Of a DNA stretch of 32,000 nt, positions 16,906 through 24,808 are shown in pieces. The notes beneath the pieces were generated by a model. That model saw nothing but the letters and a program-made list of their open reading frames with translations. It was not told where the DNA came from and ran no database searches. This DNA is from an uncultured Candidatus Saccharibacteria bacterium (lineage in GTDB: Bacteria > Patescibacteriota > UBA1384 > XYA2-FULL-43-10 > 1-14-0-10-43-13), in the NCBI GenBank assembly GCA_964543385.1, contig CAZIYE010000001.1, positions 600,001 through 632,000 of the forward strand, read 5' to 3'. Position 1 is the stretch's first letter; each line of letters opens with the position of its first letter. Both the position numbers and the translations under genes were made by a program.

Positions 16906-17821
16906 ATCGTTCCTTTAATTTATTACCTGTCTTCATACTCTCTTTTATAACCAGATAGTTAGCAATAAGGATAAGTGCTCCGCCTATTACTATGCTTGTA
17001 GTAATTAATTGGTGAAAAAAGATAGCAGCAAGCACAGTCCCTACTACTGGCTCTATCAACATAATAACTCCTGCATCGGCAGTCGGCACTTTTTTTGTGC
17101 CTTGAAGGTAACAGAAATGGTTAATAATAAAGGCGATAATGCCAAACGAGAAGATAACAATCCAAGCAATGGTACTTTTATCGAGACTAAAGCCAGTCAA
17201 TGCTGGGTTGGCAACGAAATTTTTTGCGATTGGAAAAGTTATTAAAATAATTATAATCATTATCCAGCTGCCTAAAACCATTGTTTCTATCGGTTTTACA
17301 CCTTTCTTCGAGAGATAGCTGCCAACAGAGACCCAACCTGATAAGAATATACCGCCAAGAAGTGCAACTAAAATCCCAATCAGACTTCCAACGCTTGTAA
17401 TATTCAAAGGATTCACTATTAAGACTACACCAGCAAGCACCATCACGCATGAAATGATATCTATCTTAGTAATCTTTTCTTTGAGAAATAACCAACTCGT
17501 CAAAGTTGTCCAAAGGGGCTGGACATAGAGGAGCAAGACAGTGATCGCAATAGAAGCACCGAGAATAGGAGCAGCAAATTGACAAAAATTTATCCCAGCT
17601 TCCACAAAACCATAAAGCAGCAATATAGGCAGAAGAGATTTAAGATTTTTCGACCGCTTTATAATAAAAAATAGTGGAGTGATAAATATCAAACTGAAGA
17701 GATAGGGGAAAGTGGAGATCTGGAAGAGAGAAAATCCCATATTAGCCAATATCTGTCCGCCGAAGACGATCATGCCGGAAATGATTCCTGAAATAATTAC
17801 AAATATGTAGCTACTAGTCAT
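16898..17821 (-). CDS. DMT-superfamily (EamA-type) transporter
   Basis: About 10 TM helices with a two-EamA-repeat layout and an ATG start. Confidence 0.8.
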   Translation of the reverse strand: MTSSYIFVIISGIISGMIVFGGQILANMGFSLFQISTFPYLFSLIFITPLFFIIKRSKNLKSLLPILLLYGFVEAGINFCQFAAPILGASIAITVLLLYVQPLWTTLTSWLFLKEKITKIDIISCVMVLAGVVLIVNPLNITSVGSLIGILVALLGGIFLSGWVSVGSYLSKKGVKPIETMVLGSWIMIIIILITFPIAKNFVANPALTGFSLDKSTIAWIVIFSFGIIAFIINHFCYLQGTKKVPTADAGVIMLIEPVVGTVLAAIFFHQLITTSIVIGGALILIANYLVIKESMKTGNKLKERYE

Positions 17822-17858
17822 TTTTGCCTATTATTAAATTAATTTTTTCTCTTTAGAT

Positions 17859-18791
17859 CTATAATGTCTCGTAAGTTTCTAGCTTTTTCTTTAGATCTCT
17901 ATTTTTTTCTGATCTAGTTACAAGCAATATACCAATAAATGCCAAGAGCGTGCCAATAATAAATCCAAAGGTTAGTTTTTCTCCCAACAAACTCATTGCC
18001 CAGATAATTGTAAATGTTGGCTGGAGGTAGAGGACTGTAGATGCTATTGATGGCGAGGAGTGTTTTATCGAATATTGATACATCAGATAATATCCGCCTG
18101 TCCCAATAATACCAACATAGAGAAGTGACAAGATTGAAGGTAAAGAGGGGAGATGGAAAAGATCAAAATTCTTGCCGATGGTGAATGGCAGTAGTAACAA
18201 CTGGATTAAAAATGTTGTTACTACAAAATAAACTGTGATGGCAATCGGTGAAAATTCATCATGTTGTTTCTTCGAGAGGACAGAGTATAAAGAATGAGAA
18301 CATACTGATACAAGAACTAGCAAATTACCAACAATATTTCCGTTTAGTGAAGATTTCCCGATTATCACCGGGAGCATAATTATCAAAAGTGCACCGATAA
18401 AACCAATTACAATTCCTATTTTTGCTCTCGTCTCAAGCCTTTCTTTTAGCAGAAAATAGGAAATAAGTCCTGCCAAAAGCGGTGAAAGCGTGTATATTAT
18501 TTGGGCTGAAGATGCCGTCGTTAATTTAACGCCAAAGATAAAAACAATAATATTAGCAGCCCCAAAGATAGATACAGGCAGGAGCTTTTTAAAATTCTTA
18601 AAAATTAGCTTTTCTTTTTGCATGTAGAAAACGGGCAGGAGAACAGCTAGGGCCAGAACAAGTCTAAAGAAAACAAAGGTAATCGGTTCAATCTCTCGGA
18701 GGCCAAATTTTGACAGAACAGAAACGCCCGCGCCGGCAATAGCGGTGATCAAGATAAGCAGAAATGATTTGTAATTTCCAAAAATTTTCAT
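17859..18791 (-). CDS. DMT-superfamily (EamA-type) transporter
   Basis: About 10 TM helices with a two-EamA-repeat layout. It lies 37 nt upstream of the next DMT gene. Confidence 0.8.
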   Translation of the reverse strand: MKIFGNYKSFLLILITAIAGAGVSVLSKFGLREIEPITFVFFRLVLALAVLLPVFYMQKEKLIFKNFKKLLPVSIFGAANIIVFIFGVKLTTASSAQIIYTLSPLLAGLISYFLLKERLETRAKIGIVIGFIGALLIIMLPVIIGKSSLNGNIVGNLLVLVSVCSHSLYSVLSKKQHDEFSPIAITVYFVVTTFLIQLLLLPFTIGKNFDLFHLPSLPSILSLLYVGIIGTGGYYLMYQYSIKHSSPSIASTVLYLQPTFTIIWAMSLLGEKLTFGFIIGTLLAFIGILLVTRSEKNRDLKKKLETYETL

Positions 18792-18825
18792 TTGATACCA
18801 ATAAATTGATCAGTTTTTAAATTAT

Positions 18826-19848
18826 TTAGTGCTTCATTATTTCTAATGACAATTTGTTATTTCTTACTTCAATTTTTGCAGTGCCACCGATAGGAAATGT
18901 GATCTTTGGATGGGTATGGCCAAAATCGGCATTACCAATGATTGGCAAGGTGCTTAATCCTCTGATATTTCTCAATATTTTTGTTAATTTCTTTATGTCA
19001 GGAGATCCTAGTTTTTGGAATCTCCCAATTAACAGACCTCTTGCCCTAGAGAAGTCCGGTAATTGCGTTAAGGATACCAAATTTCTTTCGAATTCAACAT
19101 CAGTATATTCTCCAGCTGTGGCATCCTCTTCTATGAATAGTATAGTGTTCTTGAGCCTTGGCATGTATTTTGTGCCTTGCAGCAGATTTAGCGAACATAA
19201 ATTTCCACCAATGATGGTTCCCGTAGCAGAGCCTCCCTGTATGGCCCACAATCCATCGTTTGTCAGCCATTTGCGATCTTCTACTCTTTCCCACATTCTT
19301 TTGTCATCCCATTCTTTGCTCGCAATTATCTCAAATGGTTCTTCACTGAATAAACATTTTTTGAAATAATCGGCGTCGTATTTGTTATCAATTCCACTGC
19401 CCATCGAAGAAAACGAAGGGCTAGAATAAGTAACTAGACCGGTCATTTTAAAAATCGCATTGGACAAAACGGTGATATCTGAAAAACCCCCAAAAATCTT
19501 TGGGTTATTTCTGATGATTTTCCAATTAATATAAGGTAAAAGCTGATTAGAATTATATCCTCCGGTTGCAGTAATTATTGCTTTTACATTCGGATCGAGA
19601 AAAGCCTGATGTAGATCCTCAAGTCGATGCTCTATAGTAGAACTTCGAAATTCGTCCATTTCCCTTGAATGTTTGCCAAAACTGACCTTAAGGCCCATTT
19701 CCTCAAAACGTCTTAAAGATTCAGTAATTTCTTTATCCTTCATTTTTGACAAAGAAACAGCTGGGGCAATGATTCTTATTTCATCACCCGTATTCAATTT
19801 TTTGGGTAATATTGTTTTCATTTTTTTAAAATAACTAAGCATAACCAT
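18826..19848 (-). CDS. Peptidase S66 family: LD-carboxypeptidase LdcA / microcin-C immunity MccF-like
   Basis: ITATGGYNSNQLLPYINW, nucleophile region GGFSDITVLSNAI, and C-terminal NADFGHTHPKITFPIGG. The start is uncertain: ATGs at 19848, 19842 and 19821. Confidence 0.8.
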   Translation of the reverse strand: MVMLSYFKKMKTILPKKLNTGDEIRIIAPAVSLSKMKDKEITESLRRFEEMGLKVSFGKHSREMDEFRSSTIEHRLEDLHQAFLDPNVKAIITATGGYNSNQLLPYINWKIIRNNPKIFGGFSDITVLSNAIFKMTGLVTYSSPSFSSMGSGIDNKYDADYFKKCLFSEEPFEIIASKEWDDKRMWERVEDRKWLTNDGLWAIQGGSATGTIIGGNLCSLNLLQGTKYMPRLKNTILFIEEDATAGEYTDVEFERNLVSLTQLPDFSRARGLLIGRFQKLGSPDIKKLTKILRNIRGLSTLPIIGNADFGHTHPKITFPIGGTAKIEVRNNKLSLEIMKH

Positions 19849-20029
19849 CTATATGATCACCTTTACCGGGTTCATCCGGGCCTTTTTGTAGTTCTGTTTG
19901 GTCTTCGTTCTCTTTTCTTTTTTGATCTGGCGACGGCTGATCTCTGTCTTTATCTCTAGGTATCGCTGGAATAGGTACAATAGGTGGCACTGGACCTATG
20001 CCCTAACCGCCGAAACTAAATGGTTCCAT
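19835..20029 (-). pseudogene. Small ORF with strong SD, interrupted by an in-frame TAG after 8 codons (MEPFSFGG*), continuing as a Pro-rich/charged 55-codon frame
   Basis: AAAGGAGAAAT then ATG at 20029. TAG at 20003-20005. The same frame stays open to the TAG at 19835-19837: GIGPVPPIVPIPAIPRDKDRDQPSPDQKRKENEDQTELQKGPDEPGKGDHIDGYA. The region is about 45% GC by hand count. It is not in the ORF track. Confidence 0.35.
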
Positions 20030-20055
20030 ATTTCTCCTTTTTAACTGCTAATTTT

Positions 20056-20084
20056 AGATTAACGTTAATGGGACGCCAATTCAA
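20056..20084 (-). promoter_or_regulatory. Putative promoter with overlapping 12-bp perfect palindrome (operator-like)
   Basis: On the minus strand: TTGAAT (20079-20084), 17-nt spacer, TAATCT (20056-20061). The palindrome ATTAACGTTAAT at 20058-20069 covers the -10 and spacer. Confidence 0.35.
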
Positions 20085-20124
20085 TATTTAGTATGTTCAG
20101 AAAGAAAATATCTCTCTCCTCACA

Positions 20125-20940
20125 TTAACTTTTATCTAAAAAGTTATAAATTTTCTCGCTTAATATGTCAGAATTATTGATGACTATTATATGATTTGCC
20201 TGAGGTATTATATCTAGGATAGATTTATCAACTAAACCATTTATTTCTACAGCTTTGTGGATGCCGAATACTTTATCGTCCTCACCGTGAATTATCAGGA
20301 CGGGGACATTAATATTTTTGAGTGCTTCTCTTCCATCAAACTGAGCAATGTGTTGATATGTAAAAAGCCAGGAACGGAACGTCGTATGAGATATATCAGA
20401 ATAAATCCTTTCCACATTCAGGTCTCCTGTTCCTATAAATTTATCAAAATCCACATGATTAAAATTTGTCCTGTCTAAGAATCTTGTTTGCAATAGAAAA
20501 TTAAAAATTGGCAGTATTGGAGATCCGAGTAGTCGGACCGCTTTTAACCTTTGTGGTGCCTTTGAGGTAGTGTCTATTAAAATATATTTTGCGGCAATAT
20601 TGGGGTAAAGTTTCTGAAATTCCATTGTCACCATTCCACCAAAACAATGTGCAATTATTACAAAGTCAGTTACTTTTTCCTTATCTAGTACTGCTTTGAT
20701 ATCTCTGGCAAAATTATCTAGATGGTAATCATCTAGTCTGGATGGTCTATCTGACAAACCATGGCCACGTAAATCTATGGCTAATGTTGAATACCCCTTA
20801 TCTTGGAAGAAATTAACTTCACTGTTCCAAGCTGTTAGATCACCACCAGCACCATGGATGAATACTAAAAATTGTTCGCTTTTTAGACGTTTTATTGAAT
20901 AGTTAATATGAGCGCCGTCAAAACTTTTTATTTTTCTCAT
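20125..20940 (-). CDS. Alpha/beta-fold hydrolase with Cys at the nucleophile elbow
   Basis: HGAGGDLTAWN oxyanion region. Elbow IIAHCFGGMV (Cys where Ser is usual). IIHGEDDKVF (acid) and QANHIIV (His). Confidence 0.8.
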   Translation of the reverse strand: MRKIKSFDGAHINYSIKRLKSEQFLVFIHGAGGDLTAWNSEVNFFQDKGYSTLAIDLRGHGLSDRPSRLDDYHLDNFARDIKAVLDKEKVTDFVIIAHCFGGMVTMEFQKLYPNIAAKYILIDTTSKAPQRLKAVRLLGSPILPIFNFLLQTRFLDRTNFNHVDFDKFIGTGDLNVERIYSDISHTTFRSWLFTYQHIAQFDGREALKNINVPVLIIHGEDDKVFGIHKAVEINGLVDKSILDIIPQANHIIVINNSDILSEKIYNFLDKS

Positions 20941-20946
20941 TAGAGT

Positions 20947-23307
20947 TTAATATCCTTTATTTTCGATTATAATCTCGAGCAGTTCTCGTGGATAAATGGA
21001 TGGTTTTTCTGCCAATCCTTGATGGTAGAGGACAGTAGATGGTGTAAGACCGGGCAAAGTATTCACCTCTATTACCATAATATCACCAGTTTTTGTATCA
21101 ACGAAAAGGTCTATTCGGGCATAGCCTTCGATGCCAATCTTCTCGGCAAATTTGCCGACTATTTTCTTTACTTTATTCAACTCTTTTTGCGAAATAATAG
21201 TTTCTGGCGGAGGAGTAATATTTACGCCTGTGCCACCCTGGAACTTTTCTTCGACTGTTAGGAATTCTCCTTCGGCCACTGTCAGACTTGGATTTAGCAC
21301 CCTTATCTTCCTTTTTTCGCCGATAACCCCCACAGTTGTTTCTATTTTACCGCCCTTATCTTTATGGATGAGCTGATTGCCTTTGACGGAGACTGCATCA
21401 GTTTGGATAAATTCTTCAAGCAAAAAATGTTTTGTTTCCTCTTGTGGCAGGTCAATAACCTCTTTTTGATTCTTGAAAGTGTTTTTAGGAATTACTGCCA
21501 ATCCTAATTTATTTAGTTCGAGATATTTCTCCAGGTCTTTTGCTGAGTATAGTCTGGCGACCCCTGATGAACAACCATCGCCAAGAGGCTTTATTATCAG
21601 AGAACTTGTTCCAAATTCCCGACAAGTCTCGATCCAAGATTTTTGAATATCTTTTTTCTGGATTAATTTAGCTGGTTCGATAACTCTTTTCTTAGCTGTA
21701 TTGAGACCATCTATCTTTAGTTTCTTGATAAATTCTCCGGTAGCAAATTTGTCCATACAGAGATTAGACACTTTCGATCCTGAGCCATTATATTTTACTT
21801 TTAAGCCATCTAGTAATTTTTGTATTGTGCCATTTTCACCGATCCCACCATGCAGAGCGAGGAAGATAAATTTTGAATTTTTGATAAATTCATTCAAAGT
21901 GGCTTTTTTGGGAATGAAGAACTGCTCGGTCATTATGTCTTCGTCTATAGAGAGTCTTGCTTGTACTTTTTTCTCCAACATTCTTAATCTTTCCTCGTCA
22001 GCAGGAGCTTTCTCACAATTTTCTATAATTTCCTCAACTGTATGGTTGAGAGTTAGTGCATAAGGCAATTCCCAAACATTTCCTTCTCCGTCTAACAGAA
22101 ATGGTTTAGGGTTATATTTTTCAGATTTCTTTAACTTCAGCCATACATTCGTGCCACTCATCAGAGAAACCTGACGCTCAGAGGTTGACCCTCCAAAAAT
22201 AATGTTAACTTCTTTACGGTTTTTTATTTCCTTTATTTTCAGAGAAGGAGCGGAGATATTGTAATTACTGCAGGCATGTTTCAGGATGTAATTTAAGACG
22301 CTTTGATGGGAAAGGCCGACTCGTGATGATTGTTGAAAAAGAAAACTATTTTGCTCCATGCCGCTTATCGGATTGAAATCAGAGAACCAAATTTTCCCGT
22401 CAGGGAAAACCCAGCCATCAAAACGAGCGAAGTCTCTCATCCCAAGGGCTGAGAAAAGTTGTTCTGCCTGGACCTGAATTGTTTCTATCATCTGATTATC
22501 AAAACGTGGAGGGCAATGATATGTTACTTGACGAGTTGGCAAATACTTTTTACGGAAGTCAAATATTTGGTGTTCGGCATAATCAGTCTCAATTTCAGTT
22601 GGTAATATTGCTACGGGAAGATCATATTTATTTTGTAAAATTATGACCGTAAATTCACGACCTGTTGCAAATTGTTCTATAACTACTCGTGTATCCATTC
22701 GCTTTGAAAAAAGCATCTCTACTTTTTCTAGCGCTTCTTCGGGTGTAGACACAGAGAATACGCCGATACTTGATCCTCCTGTTGCAGGTTTTACTACCGC
22801 TCTCTTTATATCATGTTGTTTGAAAAATTTCTGGATAATTTCTTTATGATCTTTGTGATAGATCTTTAGAACTGTCGAAGGCAGGACATAGAAGCCAAGT
22901 TTTTTAATAAATTCGTTTGCCTTAAATTTGTCAAAACAGCGTTTGCATGCCCCAGAACCAGTGCCAATAAAAGGGATTTTGTTTTTTTCGAGAAATGACT
23001 GTACTTGGCCATCCTCGCCAAATTTACCGTGCATTGCTGGGAAGGCGATATCACACTTCTTCAATTCTTCTATAAGCTCTGATTCGCTGAGGGTGGTTGC
23101 AGTTTGCTGCAATTTAAAATCAAAGTCTGAGGGGGTATTAGAATAGAGCTGAGCCTTCGAAATCTTGTAGGCTTTTCCCTTATAATCATAATAAAAGGGG
23201 ACGACCTCTATCTGATCGCTTTCCAAATGATCCATAACAGATCGGGAAGAATTTAGGGAAATTCCTCTTTCTAATGAAGGACCGCCACAAAGTAATGCTA
23301 TTTTCAT
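20947..23307 (-). CDS. ddl: Tandem double D-alanine--D-alanine ligase-family protein (two ATP-grasp Ddl modules, 786 aa)
   Basis: Module 1: MKIALLCGGPSLERGISLNSS, HGKFGEDGQVQSFLE, VVKPATGGSSIGV, FARFDGWV...SDFNPISGM. Module 2: VNIIFGGSTSERQVSLMSG, LHGGIGENGTIQKLLD, IIKPLGDGCSSGV, YARIDLFVD...IEVNTLPGLTPSTV. I prefer the ATG at 23307; the track uses the TTG at 23316. Confidence 0.82.
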   Translation of the reverse strand: MKIALLCGGPSLERGISLNSSRSVMDHLESDQIEVVPFYYDYKGKAYKISKAQLYSNTPSDFDFKLQQTATTLSESELIEELKKCDIAFPAMHGKFGEDGQVQSFLEKNKIPFIGTGSGACKRCFDKFKANEFIKKLGFYVLPSTVLKIYHKDHKEIIQKFFKQHDIKRAVVKPATGGSSIGVFSVSTPEEALEKVEMLFSKRMDTRVVIEQFATGREFTVIILQNKYDLPVAILPTEIETDYAEHQIFDFRKKYLPTRQVTYHCPPRFDNQMIETIQVQAEQLFSALGMRDFARFDGWVFPDGKIWFSDFNPISGMEQNSFLFQQSSRVGLSHQSVLNYILKHACSNYNISAPSLKIKEIKNRKEVNIIFGGSTSERQVSLMSGTNVWLKLKKSEKYNPKPFLLDGEGNVWELPYALTLNHTVEEIIENCEKAPADEERLRMLEKKVQARLSIDEDIMTEQFFIPKKATLNEFIKNSKFIFLALHGGIGENGTIQKLLDGLKVKYNGSGSKVSNLCMDKFATGEFIKKLKIDGLNTAKKRVIEPAKLIQKKDIQKSWIETCREFGTSSLIIKPLGDGCSSGVARLYSAKDLEKYLELNKLGLAVIPKNTFKNQKEVIDLPQEETKHFLLEEFIQTDAVSVKGNQLIHKDKGGKIETTVGVIGEKRKIRVLNPSLTVAEGEFLTVEEKFQGGTGVNITPPPETIISQKELNKVKKIVGKFAEKIGIEGYARIDLFVDTKTGDIMVIEVNTLPGLTPSTVLYHQGLAEKPSIYPRELLEIIIENKGY

Positions 23308-23339
23308 TTTTTGCAAATTTATTACTAATAAGTAGCAAA

Positions 23340-23368
23340 ATTATAGCATTTTTTGCAAAAACGATCAA
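23340..23368 (-). promoter_or_regulatory. Putative sigma70-type promoter for the ddl-hydrolase unit
   Basis: On the minus strand: TTGATC (23363-23368), 17-nt spacer, TATAAT (23340-23345). It lies about 33 nt upstream of the ATG at 23307. Confidence 0.4.
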
Positions 23369-23391
23369 TAAATATGTGGATAAGTGCTATT

Positions 23392-23970
23392 TTATTCTAG
23401 TTCGAGACCATCTGCGCTAATAATCATATATTTACCGTCCTTGCATTCTAGCTCGATCAGAGTGCAATCGCTGAGAGTCTTTCTTTCTCTGCCAATTATT
23501 TCTCTAAGGAAGCAGCTTATTACTCCGCCGTGGGTGACAATGCCAATCTTTTCAAATGGTTTGCCAATCAGCTCATCAAAAGTGCCAAGTACTCTTCCTT
23601 TGAAATCATCGTAATCCTCGGCTCCATCAATAGTTGCCATCGGATCTTTCAAGGTGTCGATTAGTTCTGGATGGCTGGCCTTGGCTTCACTTCTTAATTT
23701 GCCAGTCAAAACTCCATAAGAGTTACGTTCTCGAAGATCATTTACTAATTCTATTGGAATATGAGTATCTACTGATAAAATCTTAGCTGTTTGGACGGCC
23801 CTAATCCTTGGACTATAGTAAGTTTTTTCGATGCCCAGATCTTTAATTTTATCTGCAAGATCATGAGCTTGGGATTGACCAGCTGCAGTTAAATGGTCAT
23901 CATAATCGCCGCCAAAACGGTCTTCAATATCTCCTGTTGTTTGCCCGTGTCGCATTAAATATATTTTCAT
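23392..23970 (-). CDS. Histidine phosphatase superfamily protein (phosphoglycerate-mutase-like)
   Basis: N-terminal YLMRHGQTTGD (RHG catalytic motif) and a later VTHGGVI second His motif. Confidence 0.8.
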   Translation of the reverse strand: MKIYLMRHGQTTGDIEDRFGGDYDDHLTAAGQSQAHDLADKIKDLGIEKTYYSPRIRAVQTAKILSVDTHIPIELVNDLRERNSYGVLTGKLRSEAKASHPELIDTLKDPMATIDGAEDYDDFKGRVLGTFDELIGKPFEKIGIVTHGGVISCFLREIIGRERKTLSDCTLIELECKDGKYMIISADGLELE

Positions 23971-23981
23971 TTTTTTATAGA

Positions 23982-24782
23982 TTAAATATTTAAATCTCTT
24001 TTTTTATAAAACACGTATGTCGAGGCAATAGCTATTCCGATAATTAGAACAGACAGGACTGTATACGCAAGATCAAATCTTCCATCATTCATTAGATTCT
24101 TCGCATCAAAATATTTAAAGGGAGTGAACCATCTTAGACTTTCCAATTTATCATTAATATCTATCGCGACCGAGAGGATAAAGGTAGAAAGCAAGATGCC
24201 TGTTGTGATAGAAGTAGGTACTTTGGGATTTTTGGATATGGCTGCAATAGCGCTGCCGATAAACAAGAACATGACTTGTAGCACAAACATCCCAGCCATC
24301 AGTATCATTATATTGCCTACAAAAGGCTCGCCTTTACTGTATTTACTAACCATTATCAGCGAAAAGACAATTGTTACAATATTAAACACAACAATGTTCA
24401 CAAGTGCCGCAAGTAGTTTCTGAGTGATGATTTGGTTTCTGGATTTTGGTTTTACGAACAAAAATTCTGATGTTTTATCTGCTTCTTCTTTGGATATAAT
24501 ATCAGCGCCAAGCATTGCAGCGTGGATTGTTGCCATCATGACAAGATATAAGAAAAGCATCCCATAATACCCAACTGCTATAGTCAGGTCAAAGTCTCCA
24601 GCGCCCACAATTGACTGCACTGCCTTTGGCATAGTCTTCATCAAATCATTGATACTTTTATCTCCACCGCCTATGGCAGCAGAGTACTTTGCCATACCGG
24701 AAGCGACCATAAAAAATATACCCACTGACCAAAAAATCAGCGAATTTCTGTATGCCTTCATTTCTCTTTTAAATATATTCAT
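23982..24782 (-). CDS. ABC-2 type transporter permease
   Basis: MNIFKREMKAYRNSLIFWSVGIFFMV is followed by a loop and about 5 further TM helices. AAGGAG RBS. It is a paralogue of the adjacent permease. Confidence 0.75.
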   Translation of the reverse strand: MNIFKREMKAYRNSLIFWSVGIFFMVASGMAKYSAAIGGGDKSINDLMKTMPKAVQSIVGAGDFDLTIAVGYYGMLFLYLVMMATIHAAMLGADIISKEEADKTSEFLFVKPKSRNQIITQKLLAALVNIVVFNIVTIVFSLIMVSKYSKGEPFVGNIMILMAGMFVLQVMFLFIGSAIAAISKNPKVPTSITTGILLSTFILSVAIDINDKLESLRWFTPFKYFDAKNLMNDGRFDLAYTVLSVLIIGIAIASTYVFYKKRDLNI

Positions 24783-24808
24783 TATCTCCTTTTCAAAATC
24801 CTAACCTT

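Noticed and set aside
19861-19885. CCGG-gttcat-CCGG hairpin followed by TTTTT on the plus strand as a terminator
   Set aside because: The stem is only 4 bp. It lies inside the minus-strand small ORF, and no plus-strand gene is upstream to terminate.
20003-20029. 8-codon ORF MEPFSFGG upstream of the MccF-like gene as a microcin-C-type precursor, or as a double-glycine leader
   Set aside because: Microcin-C-type precursors end in Asn and need an adjacent MccB (ThiF-like) adenylyltransferase, which is absent. Double-glycine leaders are much longer and need a C39 peptidase-ABC exporter, also absent.
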